Below are positions 63,979 through 64,000 of a stretch of DNA of 64,000 nt, piece by piece (position 1 is the first letter of the stretch; each line of letters starts with the position of its first letter). The notes under the pieces are model-generated. The model was not told where the DNA came from. It did no database searches and saw nothing but the letters and a program-made list of their open reading frames with translations. The position numbers were made by a program, and so were the translations under genes. Source of the stretch: Amphiscolops sp. MND2022. Its lineage: Eukaryota. The stretch is taken from assembly GCA_964187785.1 (NCBI GenBank), contig OZ076409.1, positions 53,818,001-53,882,000 of the forward strand, written 5' to 3'.

Positions 63979-64000
63979 TGCCGTTTTCGCCATTATCTGG

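Overview
Eukaryotic (animal-like), AT-rich, transposon-dense window with no host gene that I can support. It is dominated by Ty3/Gypsy LTR retrotransposons. Three divergent families (B: 1-4114, cut by the left edge; A: 11829-26446, complete with ACAAA target-site duplication; C: 32646-45493, rearranged) share an unusual, complex-retrovirus-like layout. (1) The LTRs are long (about 1.6-1.9 kb) and gag starts inside them; in A it reads through the primer-binding site. (2) After pol lies a large ANTISENSE gene with a conserved intron, whose product looks like a catalytically degenerate hAT transposase with a zinc finger. (3) A divergent sense ORF with a CxxC motif runs across the 3' LTR boundary. 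(4) Each family has its own palindromic motif, present both in the LTR and in the spacer between the two accessory genes. Also present: a conventional short-LTR Mag-like Gypsy (53863-59961), a P/THAP9-like transposase relic containing a near-perfect 181-bp-arm inverted duplication, several MITE/foldback elements and a Helitron-like repeat family. Homology calls come from motif recognition by eye, not from database searches.
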